From contig CBDETK010000013.1 in NCBI GenBank assembly GCA_965242865.1, forward strand, positions 1 through 64,000: a stretch of DNA of 64,000 nt, written 5' to 3'. This document shows, piece after piece, positions 34,051 through 43,812 of this stretch (the first letter of the stretch is position 1; each line of letters opens with the position of its first letter). The position numbers were made by a program, and so were the translations under genes. The notes under the pieces are model-generated. The model had not been told where the DNA came from. It ran no database searches and was given only the letters and a program-made list of their open reading frames with translations. Source of the stretch: Candidatus Latescibacterota bacterium. GTDB taxonomy: Bacteria; Latescibacterota; UBA2968; UBA8231.

Positions 34051-37000
34051 ATGAAAAGCTCCGCCGTGCAAATTCTCGTCGGCCTAGTGCTGAGTTGGGC
34101 ATGGGCCGAGGCCCAGTCGGGCTATCAGATCGCCGGGGACGAAGTCGTCGTCGAGCGGGCCAGCCACTGGCAGCAGTGGTCCATTCCCACCCATCTGGCG
34201 CGCATCCACGAGGACGGCTCGGTGCGGGCACACGAGCTGCGCACGGTCTTCAACGTCCTAGCCGATCCCGAGTTCAGGCGTCCAATCGTCATCAGCAAGC
34301 CCGATCCGCGCATTGGCACGATCGACAGCACCATGCAGTTCGATGTGTTTGGCGAGCCGTTGCGGAATACGCTCGGCGAGTTGATCTTTGACTATTGGGT
34401 GCGGCCCGGCATCAGTCGGGTGGGGTCCAACCCACAACTCGCGGCCAACATTCTCGACGGCGACCCCACCACGTTTTGGGAGCCCGACCCGCGCGACCCC
34501 ATTGAGCAGTGGTGGATCGAGGTGGACTTGGGGCGGGTGGTGCCGGTGGAGCGGCTCAAGCTCCAGTTCGTGGATGAGTCGTTGGGGGATCCCTTCCTGC
34601 GCTTCATCCTGCTGCTGTCAGACCGGCAAAGCGCGCTGCTGCACGAGCCGAACAGCCGCATCGGCTTTGAGCTTTTCATCCCGCAAGACGCGCCCAACAC
34701 CACGCAGCGCACTTACATTTTCGAGAGCGAACACACCAGCCCCGAACTCCCCCCGGCCACGGGCGCGGTCAGCGACAAGCGCCTCGGGGAGAGCTTGCGC
34801 CGCTCGCCCGAGTGGACCGGGCGGAAGATCGAGACGATCCGCATCGTCATCACGAATACGCGCGGCGGCCGGGCCGAGCAGATTGCTCAGGAGGCGTGGG
34901 AGGCCCTGCCGGAAGCAGAGCGCGGGGACATCGTCTATTTTGCCCGCGACGTAGCCGGCCGCGAGGAACCTGTTGACGAGGCCACCTATCGAGCGATGGA
35001 GGCGCAGCGCCAAGGGCGGCGGGATTACTACCGCCGCGAGCTGCCGCGTCTAGCCGAGGTCGAAGCACACGGCTGGGGAGACAACTTGTCCGTCAACCTA
35101 ATTGAAAACGGCGGCTCGTACTCCCTGACAACCGATGGGACCAACACCCTGCTCTTGTTTGACGGCGACGCCGGCACCGGCTTTTCCCACCAGATTCGCA
35201 ACCCGAAAAACCCCACCGCCAACGTACTCACCATAGATATGGGGGGCGTGGTGCGCCTCGCTCAGATCCGCTTGGTGGGCACGAGCGAGCGCGGCTACAT
35301 CATGCGCGCCTCCACGGGCGAGCGCGATGCCCAAGGCAATCTCAAGTGGCAGCGCATCAGCCCGGCCGAGCGCGAGCGCAATGTCTTCAACGGCCACTTC
35401 CTCGACATCGCCGACATTCAAAACCCGCCCGTTCTGACCCGCTTCCTCGACATGATCACCATCGGCCACGTGCCGCCGGGATTTAGGGCCACCGGCCCCG
35501 GCGGCACCGGCCACATGAATCAGTTCTGGTCCGTGCATCAGGAGCTCATGCTACTCGCCGAGGGGGCGCCGGCCGAGGTGGTGCTGGAGTCGGATCTAAT
35601 CGAGTTGCCCGGGTTGGTGGCCTTGGGCGCGGTTCGCTGGGACGCGAGCACGCCCCCGGGCACGGACGTGGAGATCCGCACCCGCACCGGCGACCAGCTC
35701 TTGCAGCAGATCCGCTACTTCGACAAGATCGGCAACGAGAAGACCGCGGCTGAGTACAAGACGCTGGCCAGCTTTCTGAAGGGGCCTTCGGACACGACCG
35801 TGGTGGTGGGGCCGGGCTGGAGTCCGTGGAGCCAGCGCTACTTGCAGCCCGGGGACTTGGCCACCTCCCCGGGCCTGCGGCGCTTCATGCAAATTCAAGC
35901 GCGGCTCAAGAGCAGCAGCCAAAACGCACCGGCCCTGCACCGCATTGCGGTCGGGTTCCACCAGCCGGTAGCCCAGCGCCTGCGGGCCGAAGTGTGGCCG
36001 ACCGCGGCCGCGCCCGGGGTGCTCGACACCTTCGCGCTCTACGTGCAGCCCAACTTTTTGCAGCAGCCGGCCGCGGTGCGCAGCCCGGGCTTTGACCAAT
36101 TGGTCTTGCGCGCCGAGCCGGCCTTTGCGCTGAAGTTCGTGGATGCGGCCTTGGGCACTGAGGCCGAGTTGTTGGCCGAAACGCCGCTCGCGTGGGACGG
36201 TGAGGTCAACGTCCGCGCCGAGGGCGACTCCCTGTGGCTGGAATTTCCCCAGACCGTGCAGGGCGCTCCGGCCGAGGTGCTCGCGCCCGTGTACTATCGG
36301 TCGGTCGGCCCGGGCGACGAGGTGCCCACGGGCTTGGACCGCAACCCGTTGACCTTTACTTCGCACAGCCTCTTGCCAGCCGCCGAGCGGGGGGCCGTGC
36401 GCTACTTTCGCCGGCTGGCAACTGGCCGCTTGGCCGAGGTCGATGCGGCCGCGTACGACGCGCTCGGCGCGGACGAGCAAGGGCCGGTGCGCTACTTCCG
36501 CAAGGTGGTCGGGTTGGGCGATCAAGTGCCCTTTGACGCGGCCGGCGACAGCCTCGACCGGCAGAGCTACGGGCGGCTGGGCAGTCGGCGGGGTTGGGTG
36601 GTCGGGCGCGGCCGGCTGGTGCGGGTGCGCTTTGCTGGGCGGATCTACCTGCAAGGGACGCGGATGCAAGTAGCCGTGCGGCAGAGCCAACCCGCCACGC
36701 CTTGGCAGGGGGCCGACGGCGGCGACGCGACCGCCCTGAGTCCGGCCAAGGGCCTGTCCATTGGGGCGCAAGGAGCGCGGGCCACCATCGACGATATTGC
36801 CATCGCGCCCAATCCGTTTACCCCCAATGGCGACGGGATCAACGAAACCGCTGCAATCGGCTTTTCCCTCTTCCGAGTGCAGGCCATGCGGCCATTGACC
36901 ATCGAGCTATACACGCTGGCCGGGCGGCGCGTGCGCCAACTAACCGGGCGGGCGACCGGCGGGCCGCAGCAATTTAGGTGGGACGGCAAGGACGAGGCCG

Positions 37001-37107
37001 GGCAGGCCGTGCCGCCGGGGTTGTACTTGTGTCAGATCGCCGTGGCCGCCGATGCGGCCGGGGCCGGCGGGACGACCCGCACCCGCCTCATCGCGGTTGC
37101 CTATTAG
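34051..37107 (+). CDS. Secreted discoidin-like + FlgD-Ig/TPNGDG-tailed protein (1018 aa; start re-called to 34051)
   Basis: Signal MKSSAVQILVGLVLSWAWAEA; DGDPTTFWEP..WWIEVDLGR; PNPFTPNGDGINE, TLAGRRVR, WDGKDEAGQAVPPGLYL, terminal VAY; closest in layout to 15573..18098. Confidence 0.85.
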   Translation: MKSSAVQILVGLVLSWAWAEAQSGYQIAGDEVVVERASHWQQWSIPTHLARIHEDGSVRAHELRTVFNVLADPEFRRPIVISKPDPRIGTIDSTMQFDVFGEPLRNTLGELIFDYWVRPGISRVGSNPQLAANILDGDPTTFWEPDPRDPIEQWWIEVDLGRVVPVERLKLQFVDESLGDPFLRFILLLSDRQSALLHEPNSRIGFELFIPQDAPNTTQRTYIFESEHTSPELPPATGAVSDKRLGESLRRSPEWTGRKIETIRIVITNTRGGRAEQIAQEAWEALPEAERGDIVYFARDVAGREEPVDEATYRAMEAQRQGRRDYYRRELPRLAEVEAHGWGDNLSVNLIENGGSYSLTTDGTNTLLLFDGDAGTGFSHQIRNPKNPTANVLTIDMGGVVRLAQIRLVGTSERGYIMRASTGERDAQGNLKWQRISPAERERNVFNGHFLDIADIQNPPVLTRFLDMITIGHVPPGFRATGPGGTGHMNQFWSVHQELMLLAEGAPAEVVLESDLIELPGLVALGAVRWDASTPPGTDVEIRTRTGDQLLQQIRYFDKIGNEKTAAEYKTLASFLKGPSDTTVVVGPGWSPWSQRYLQPGDLATSPGLRRFMQIQARLKSSSQNAPALHRIAVGFHQPVAQRLRAEVWPTAAAPGVLDTFALYVQPNFLQQPAAVRSPGFDQLVLRAEPAFALKFVDAALGTEAELLAETPLAWDGEVNVRAEGDSLWLEFPQTVQGAPAEVLAPVYYRSVGPGDEVPTGLDRNPLTFTSHSLLPAAERGAVRYFRRLATGRLAEVDAAAYDALGADEQGPVRYFRKVVGLGDQVPFDAAGDSLDRQSYGRLGSRRGWVVGRGRLVRVRFAGRIYLQGTRMQVAVRQSQPATPWQGADGGDATALSPAKGLSIGAQGARATIDDIAIAPNPFTPNGDGINETAAIGFSLFRVQAMRPLTIELYTLAGRRVRQLTGRATGGPQQFRWDGKDEAGQAVPPGLYLCQIAVAADAAGAGGTTRTRLIAVAY

Positions 37108-37126
37108 CTGGCTAAAGGAGGTTGTC

Positions 37127-39790
37127 GTGAGACCAAAGACCGGATTGTATGGCGGTCTCCTAATTTTGTCGAGCGCGTTCGGGGCGTCAGCCGGGGCGCA
37201 GGAGTCGTACGGAACGCGCTTGGGCTTGCAGCTCGGCCACCAGACGAGCTTCGCGCCCCAAGGCCCTGGGGTGGCCCTCAACGCGCTTGACCCGGCCGTG
37301 CGGCGCTGGTACGTGCCGCAAGAGCTGTACAGCGAGTACCAATGGCGGCAGTGGGAATACACCAACTATGCGCGCACCCCTTATGAACGCTACGTAGAAA
37401 CGACCTTGGAGGGCGATTACTTCTACGATCTATACGGCAACTTCCTCACGCGCGGCTGGCTGATTTTCAACAACTCCCAGAGCCGGCCCCAGCAGTTCGG
37501 CAATGTGCTGTTCAAGTCCGCTCGCTTCCAGAGTTGGTTTTCCGAAGTCGTGGTGGCGCAAGACAACAAGGGCCAATACTTCTACACCTTGACGGCGAGC
37601 AGTCGCCTGCGCTCAGTGCTGTCGCCGATGGTGTTTGCCAAGGCCCGCATGGACGGCGTGCAGTTCGACCTCGCGACCGACCGCTACGAAGCCACCTTTT
37701 TGTTTTCGCGGTTGAGCAACCCCGGCGGCGGCTCGACCGGCGACCGCGAGGTTCTGCGGACGAACAACACCATCTTGGTGGGCGGGCGGTTGGGGGCGCA
37801 GCTCGGCGAGTTCGCAGAAGTCGCGCTGCACACGGCCAACGCCCACCAGTCGCACACCTTGCTCGACAAGCAGGCCGGCAACCCATTCGCTGGCTCCCTG
37901 ACCATCGGGCAAAACAAAACCATCTCGCTCATCAAGCTGGTGCTGCGCGACGACTCGCCCGAAGACGGCTTGGGTGGCGCGGCGTTTTTTCCCGATGCGT
38001 CGGACGTGCAGATCACCTACCGCGATGGCTCGCGGGAATCGGGCAAGGCCATTGGCTTTGAGCCGATCATCGAGGGAGGCTTCTTGCAGCAGGGCTTTGT
38101 CGCGGCCAACGGGCCGGAAGAGATGCGGCTCGTGTACGACTTTGACAGCCCGGCCTTTGTCGATCAGGCCCGCTTTGCCAAGGACGAAATCGCCAAGGTG
38201 GAATTCCTGCTGACGCTGGGCAACGACTACCAAGTGTGGATGACCTCGGACCGCCAGCTCAACCTCGACAGCCAAGAGGTCTTGCTGCTCGTCGCCCAAG
38301 CCGAAGGCAATGTCCAAGACATCACCAATTTGCAGACCATCCGCTTTGAGTACGGCCTGCCCACGGCCACCCACATCTTTGGCGGCAGCGTTGAGGTACA
38401 AGACCTGCGGGGCTTTGACCTATACGGCGAGTACGACCTGAGTTGGAGCTATCGCAAGTACCCCAACGCGCTGGAGGAGACCCACGAGGCGTTCGCTGGG
38501 ATCGGCGGTCGGCGGTCGGCCCCTGCTTGGATGGTGAACGTGTCTAAAAAGGCCGCCCCCTATTTTGCCTTTGGCGAGTTTTACAGCATGGACCCGCGCT
38601 ACAATACCCAGACCTTTGTCACCTCGGGCACCGGGGACTTCGATTACGACAACGAGCGCGGCTTGGTCGATTTGGTCGATGACAACGACGATCAGGACAA
38701 ATTCCCGGACAACGTGCGCTTCGACTTTCTCAGTGGCGATTTGCAAGTCTTTCCGGGTTGGGATCAAAACAACGACTTTGTGCCCGACTTCAACCAAAAC
38801 GATACGTTCGTGCGCTCCAATACCGAGCCGGACTACGAGGAAGCCTTTCTGCGATTTTACGTCGATCGGCCCGAATTTCTCTTTGGCGTCGATATGAACA
38901 ACAACTTTTGGGTCGATCAATACGAAAACGACGAGGAGCCGGATTATCCGTATCGCCGGGATCACCGGGGCTTTAACATCCACCTCGGCGCGGACCTCAC
39001 GCCGCGGGCGCGCTTGGTGGTGGGCGCGTTGCGCGAGGGGCTGATTTCCTCGGCGCGCAAAAACGAGAGCACCTACCTGATGTTCACATACGAGCGCGAT
39101 GCGCCGCGGCTGGGCCGCTTGCGGGTCTTTGAGATGAGCAAGCTGGTCGCAGACGACATTCCCAACCCCCTGTTGCAGTGGGCGCCGGACAACACGCTGC
39201 GCGGCGGCGAACTGACCAAGGTCGAGGACCCTCTGCTGGCGCGCGACACGTGGGTCAACCAGCTCTTTATCGGCCACCATTTGCAGGTGGCGTCGCTCTT
39301 TTTGACCACCAAAATGCACTGGCTCTACTTCCACCAGCGGCTGGAAAAGGCCCAGCGGCAGCAGTACGACTTGGCCCCTTCGGACTTCTTCTTCGGCCTG
39401 ATCAACAAGGCGAGCTACCGCTTCGAGCTCGGGGCGTGGTCTTTGGAGCCGCGCTGGAAGAGCGAGTTCCGCAAGCAGAGCCGCAGCCTGCTCGCGCTCA
39501 ACAGCCACACCAGCCTGATGGAGCTGTTTTCGGGGTTGGTGGAGACGCAGGTCTTGCAGGTGACCAAAATTCAGGCCGGCGTGGAGTACGCGATTTTCAA
39601 CGACTTTGACGCGGACGCCAACGACTTCAACGCGGTGACCGTAGCCATCCAGTTTAGCAATGAGTCCAACTACCTCGGCTACAAGCTCCGCGCCCTGACC
39701 GGCATGAAAATAGAGCGCAAGCAGTTCACCGGGCAGGAGGCGCGGACGACCAACGAATCCTTTGTGACGATTTACGCGGGGCTGAACTAA
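37127..39790 (+). CDS. Large probable outer-membrane beta-barrel protein (paralog 2 of 3; start re-called to GTG 37127)
   Basis: AAAGGAGG RBS; signal peptide; WYVPQELY..WRQWEYTNYARTPY; DDNDDQD, DQNNDFVPD, DMNNNFWVD; ends FVTIYAGLN. Confidence 0.78.
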   Translation: MRPKTGLYGGLLILSSAFGASAGAQESYGTRLGLQLGHQTSFAPQGPGVALNALDPAVRRWYVPQELYSEYQWRQWEYTNYARTPYERYVETTLEGDYFYDLYGNFLTRGWLIFNNSQSRPQQFGNVLFKSARFQSWFSEVVVAQDNKGQYFYTLTASSRLRSVLSPMVFAKARMDGVQFDLATDRYEATFLFSRLSNPGGGSTGDREVLRTNNTILVGGRLGAQLGEFAEVALHTANAHQSHTLLDKQAGNPFAGSLTIGQNKTISLIKLVLRDDSPEDGLGGAAFFPDASDVQITYRDGSRESGKAIGFEPIIEGGFLQQGFVAANGPEEMRLVYDFDSPAFVDQARFAKDEIAKVEFLLTLGNDYQVWMTSDRQLNLDSQEVLLLVAQAEGNVQDITNLQTIRFEYGLPTATHIFGGSVEVQDLRGFDLYGEYDLSWSYRKYPNALEETHEAFAGIGGRRSAPAWMVNVSKKAAPYFAFGEFYSMDPRYNTQTFVTSGTGDFDYDNERGLVDLVDDNDDQDKFPDNVRFDFLSGDLQVFPGWDQNNDFVPDFNQNDTFVRSNTEPDYEEAFLRFYVDRPEFLFGVDMNNNFWVDQYENDEEPDYPYRRDHRGFNIHLGADLTPRARLVVGALREGLISSARKNESTYLMFTYERDAPRLGRLRVFEMSKLVADDIPNPLLQWAPDNTLRGGELTKVEDPLLARDTWVNQLFIGHHLQVASLFLTTKMHWLYFHQRLEKAQRQQYDLAPSDFFFGLINKASYRFELGAWSLEPRWKSEFRKQSRSLLALNSHTSLMELFSGLVETQVLQVTKIQAGVEYAIFNDFDADANDFNAVTVAIQFSNESNYLGYKLRALTGMKIERKQFTGQEARTTNESFVTIYAGLN

Positions 39791-41757
39791 TGCGCCCCCT
39801 AGCCGTAGCGGGCGGCCTCGCGCTCGTCGCCTTGGCCCTGCGCTTGGCCTACTTGGACCAAGCCGAGCGGCATCCGCTGTTCTTGGTGCCCGTACAGGCC
39901 GAGACCCAAGCCCTGCTCTACGCGCAGTTCTTGGCGGCCCTAGACGACGCGCCCCGCGCTCGCTTGGTCCAAGCCATCCTCAGCGCCTTGAGTTGCGGCC
40001 TGCTGTGGCTGGTTGGCCGCGCTGTTTTCGGTCCAGCGATCGGGCTTGTCGCCGGCGCGGCCGCAGCCCTTTACGGCCCCATGATTTACTTTGCCGGCGA
40101 GCTGTCGTCGGCCACGGCGGTCGTCTTTTTTTGCCTACTCGCACTGTGGGCCTTCCGGTGGGCAGATGGAAGGCCAGCACTGTGGCGCTTCCTGCCGGGG
40201 GGGCTGTTCTTGGGCTTGGCCCTCGCTTGCGGCCTGCCATCCCCCGTATTAGGGCCGATCTTTTGCTTTGCCGCAGTCCGAGCGCGGCGGGACGGGCGGG
40301 CCTTGGCCTTTGCGTTCGCGGCCGGTGGCCTGCTGGCCGCGGCTTGTTGGTTCGGGGGGGCAAAGCCGCAGGTAACGGATGGGCGGTCCATTTTGCTCGG
40401 CCTGTATCACTTCTGGCACGGCGTTGAGTGGATGCCCAACGCCAACCCCTATTTTATGCGCGACAGCAGCGCATTGCTGGCCGCGCTGCTGTGGGAGCGG
40501 GGCTTGGCCTTCCCCTTTGGGATTGTCGCGCCCTTGGCGCTGGTGGGGATGGGATACCGGCTTTTTGCCACCCAGCGCTCGGGCACAGAAGACGCGCTCC
40601 TAGTCTTCGTGGCTTGGTCCATGGTAAGCATCCTATTCGTCGGCACCACGGCGGCCGTGCGGCTGCCCATCGCAGTCGTCCTGCTGATTTTCGCTGGGGT
40701 TGGCGCGGTTGAGTTGGTGCGGCGGTGGCGAGCCCCGTGGGGGGTGGCAGCCTTTGTGCCGCTGGTCATCGTCCTCAACGCCAACGCCGGCTTGCCCCAA
40801 GGCGCGCCACACTACTGGCTGGGGCATGCCTACCAAACGCTAGATCTGCCGGTTAGTGCCCTGCGCGAGTACCAACGCGCCGTTGAATTGGAACCTGATT
40901 TCTCCGCGCCGCATTACGCGCTCGGCGCCCTGTACGACGCCAGGGGCGAGCACGGCAAGGCCGCGGCGGCGTACCGCGCCCTGCTAGAGCGCTGGCCCGA
41001 GGCAACCCAAGCACGCGAGCGACTGGCCGCAAGCCACATCCGCGCCGGCCAGCCAGTCGCCGCCATTAGCCTTTACCAGACCCTGCTCGACCAAGGCGGT
41101 GACCCCGTTGCGTTGCTCGGTCGGCTGGGGGACGCGCAGTACCACAGCGGCGATGTGCCGGGCGCAGCGCAGTCGTACGAGCGGCTTTTGTCCCTGCGCC
41201 CAGACAGCAGCCGCGCTCAGTACCAGCTAGCGCAGCTGAGCCAAGCCGAGGGCCGGCTCGACGCGGCCCTGCAAGGGTACAGCGCGTTGCTCGGCCGCGA
41301 AGCGTACGCCCGGGACGCAGCCCTGCAACTCGCCGCGCTGCTCGTCGAAATCGACTATCAGCGCGGTGTGCTTGCCGAGGAGCGGGAAACGGGTTGGTGG
41401 CGCGAGGAAGGGCAGGTCGCGCCAGCGGCCCTACAAGCCGCCGAGGCCCGGTTGGTCGCCGCGCTCGCGGAAAACCCCGCTGCTGTCGCCGATTTGTGGG
41501 GGCTGGGCAAGCTGCTGTTCTGGCAGGGACGCTACCGCGAGGCCCTCGCCCGCATTGCCGCGTTGGCCGAGGCCACCCCGGAGGACTACCGGGTGCATTT
41601 CTTCCTGAGCAAGCTCCACGGCTTGCTCGGCGAGGAAGAAGCCGCTCGGGCCGCGTTTGCCCAGTACCAGCACCAAAAGCAGCGCACCCAAGTCGCCGCC
41701 CGCGTCCAAACCGAGCGGGACGTTTTGCTGAAACAACTGTCCGGGAAAATGCCATGA
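39790..41757 (+). CDS. Membrane GT-C (PMT/GT39-like) protein with C-terminal TPR repeats
   Basis: N-terminal TM region (ARLVQAILSALSC, AALYGPMIYFAGEL); TPR motifs (HYWLGHAY..ALREYQRAVELEPD..HYALGALY). Confidence 0.72.
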   Translation: MRPLAVAGGLALVALALRLAYLDQAERHPLFLVPVQAETQALLYAQFLAALDDAPRARLVQAILSALSCGLLWLVGRAVFGPAIGLVAGAAAALYGPMIYFAGELSSATAVVFFCLLALWAFRWADGRPALWRFLPGGLFLGLALACGLPSPVLGPIFCFAAVRARRDGRALAFAFAAGGLLAAACWFGGAKPQVTDGRSILLGLYHFWHGVEWMPNANPYFMRDSSALLAALLWERGLAFPFGIVAPLALVGMGYRLFATQRSGTEDALLVFVAWSMVSILFVGTTAAVRLPIAVVLLIFAGVGAVELVRRWRAPWGVAAFVPLVIVLNANAGLPQGAPHYWLGHAYQTLDLPVSALREYQRAVELEPDFSAPHYALGALYDARGEHGKAAAAYRALLERWPEATQARERLAASHIRAGQPVAAISLYQTLLDQGGDPVALLGRLGDAQYHSGDVPGAAQSYERLLSLRPDSSRAQYQLAQLSQAEGRLDAALQGYSALLGREAYARDAALQLAALLVEIDYQRGVLAEERETGWWREEGQVAPAALQAAEARLVAALAENPAAVADLWGLGKLLFWQGRYREALARIAALAEATPEDYRVHFFLSKLHGLLGEEEAARAAFAQYQHQKQRTQVAARVQTERDVLLKQLSGKMP

Positions 41758-43802
41758 AAGCCGCGCTCATCGTGGGAGTCCTAACGGCGTGTTGGGTGCA
41801 ACCGCTCGCGGCTCGGCAAGTCTTGCTCATTGGGCAGGATGGGCAAATCTCGTGGACCGGGCGCGTGGCAGGGGCCGAGGGCATCTCGACGATTCGGCCC
41901 GAGCATCGCTCCTTTCTGGACCCCAACGTCACCGAAATAGGCCACGCGCCGGCCGACCTAATCGAGTTCGACAGCGCGGATTTTCCGGGCAGCATCCTGC
42001 CGCGGCAAGTGGGGGCCGAGCAGAACTTGGCCACCGAGGTGCTGGAGCGCGGCGGCTCGCTGCGCGCACCGACCGTCTTTGACCTGACCGCCTTGCAGTT
42101 GCAGGTGATTTTCGAGGACATGCTCGCGGCCGCGCCGACTGGGCAGGCATTCGAGCGCAAAGAGGACGACATCTTGGGGACCCAGCTCATTCTCGACCTA
42201 GGGGCGCGCTTTGGGGTCAACCGGCTGCGCTTTTTTCCGCGCAACACGGTCTTTTCCGCGCCCGGCACCCCCTTTCAAAACGACTTTTTGAAAAACTTTG
42301 AAGTGGAGATCAACGACGGCTTGGTGCTGACGAGTTCGGGCAACCCCATCTGGGAAACCTATGTTGTGCGCAACGACAACAGCGACCCGATCACCCAAGT
42401 GCTCATCGACCCACCGCGCTACATTCGCTTCATCCGCCTGCGGGCCACGTCGGCCATTCCCTTTGAGATCGAAAAGCTCCAAGTCTTTGGCGAGGGGTTT
42501 TTCCCGACGGCGCGCTACATCTCCCCGATCATCGACATGGGCCGCCCGGCCAACTGGGGCCTCATCCGCACCTTGCAGCAGCAGGTAGGCGCGGCGGACC
42601 GGGCCGACATGCAGTTGCGCACCCGCAGCGGCCACGACCCCAGCCCCTTGGCGTACACCCGCAAGCAGGTGGGCCTACAAGACGCCCCTGAGATTCCGTT
42701 GTCCGCGAACAACCCGGGCGAGCCGTTGCTGCGCCAAGAGTACGCCAAGCTGCCCGAGCGCGGGCGGCAGGGCGACGATTGGGAGCGCGGCTCAGTGCGC
42801 GACGACTTGGCCAACTGGAGTCCGTGGACGTCGCCCTATCCGCTGGAGGAACTGGCTGCGGGCACGCAGATTCTGTCGCCCGGGCCTAGCCGCTACTTCC
42901 AATTTCGCGTGGAATTTCAGAGCCAGCACTTGGAGGCCAGCCACATCGTTGAGCAGATCGGCCTCGAATTTTCCGCGCCGCCGCTGGCCGACGCCCTCAT
43001 CGGCGAAATTTTCCCGCGCGAGGTGCCGGCCGCCACGGATGTGCCCTTTGCGTACGCGGTGCGGGCGGTGATGGAGAGCGAGTACGCGCAGGGCTTTAAC
43101 AGCTTTGAGGTGCTTACCCCCAGTCGCGTCAGTCGCGTCGAGCGGCTCGAAGTCATCGACGCCAGCGGCCAGCCGGTGCTCGACCACGCCTTTGCCGTGA
43201 CCGATGGAGTGACCTCCGAAGGCGAGGTCGCGATCACCGCCATGGACGACCAGCGCTTTGCAGTGCGTTTCCCGGCCATCAACCAGCACGACGCCGTGCT
43301 GAAAATCCACTTCGTCAGCCGGGTGCTGGCCTTTAGCACCCGCTTTGGCGGCCGTGCCCTGCTGCTAGCTGAGGACGCCTTTCAGGGCATTACCCCGGGC
43401 GACGCGGCCTTTTTGGCCGAAGGCGATGAGGCGACCGAATCCGGGACGACGGTGCTGAGCCGCGCGGTGAACCAAGGCAGCTTGATTGGCCGGTTCACCC
43501 TCGGCCACAACGTCCTGACGCCCAATGGCGACGGCGTCAACGATGTCCTCGAGGTGCGCTTTGAGGTGCTGGCGGTCATCGGCCAAGCGCGGATTGTGAT
43601 CGACCTGTGGGATTTGGCCGGCCGGCCGGTGCGCCGCCTCTTTGACGCCGCAGGCCAAAACGGGGTGTACGACGCCGTGCATTGGGACGGCGCGGATGAG
43701 CAGGGCCGGCGCGTCGCCCCGGGCATCTACTTGGTGCAGCTCGAGGTCGAAGGAGATGCCCGCAGCGGGCAGACGGTGCGGCCGGTATGCGTAGCGTACT
43801 GA
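41754..43802 (+). CDS. Secreted FlgD-Ig/TPNGDG-tailed protein (682 aa; start re-called to ATG 41754)
   Basis: ATGA overlap with upstream stop; signal MKAALIVGVLTACWVQPLAA; LDLGARFGVNRLRFFP, RTRSG, WSPWT, LTPNGDGVND, terminal VAY. Confidence 0.85.
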   Translation: MKAALIVGVLTACWVQPLAARQVLLIGQDGQISWTGRVAGAEGISTIRPEHRSFLDPNVTEIGHAPADLIEFDSADFPGSILPRQVGAEQNLATEVLERGGSLRAPTVFDLTALQLQVIFEDMLAAAPTGQAFERKEDDILGTQLILDLGARFGVNRLRFFPRNTVFSAPGTPFQNDFLKNFEVEINDGLVLTSSGNPIWETYVVRNDNSDPITQVLIDPPRYIRFIRLRATSAIPFEIEKLQVFGEGFFPTARYISPIIDMGRPANWGLIRTLQQQVGAADRADMQLRTRSGHDPSPLAYTRKQVGLQDAPEIPLSANNPGEPLLRQEYAKLPERGRQGDDWERGSVRDDLANWSPWTSPYPLEELAAGTQILSPGPSRYFQFRVEFQSQHLEASHIVEQIGLEFSAPPLADALIGEIFPREVPAATDVPFAYAVRAVMESEYAQGFNSFEVLTPSRVSRVERLEVIDASGQPVLDHAFAVTDGVTSEGEVAITAMDDQRFAVRFPAINQHDAVLKIHFVSRVLAFSTRFGGRALLLAEDAFQGITPGDAAFLAEGDEATESGTTVLSRAVNQGSLIGRFTLGHNVLTPNGDGVNDVLEVRFEVLAVIGQARIVIDLWDLAGRPVRRLFDAAGQNGVYDAVHWDGADEQGRRVAPGIYLVQLEVEGDARSGQTVRPVCVAY

Positions 43803-43812
43803 GGAGGAAACC

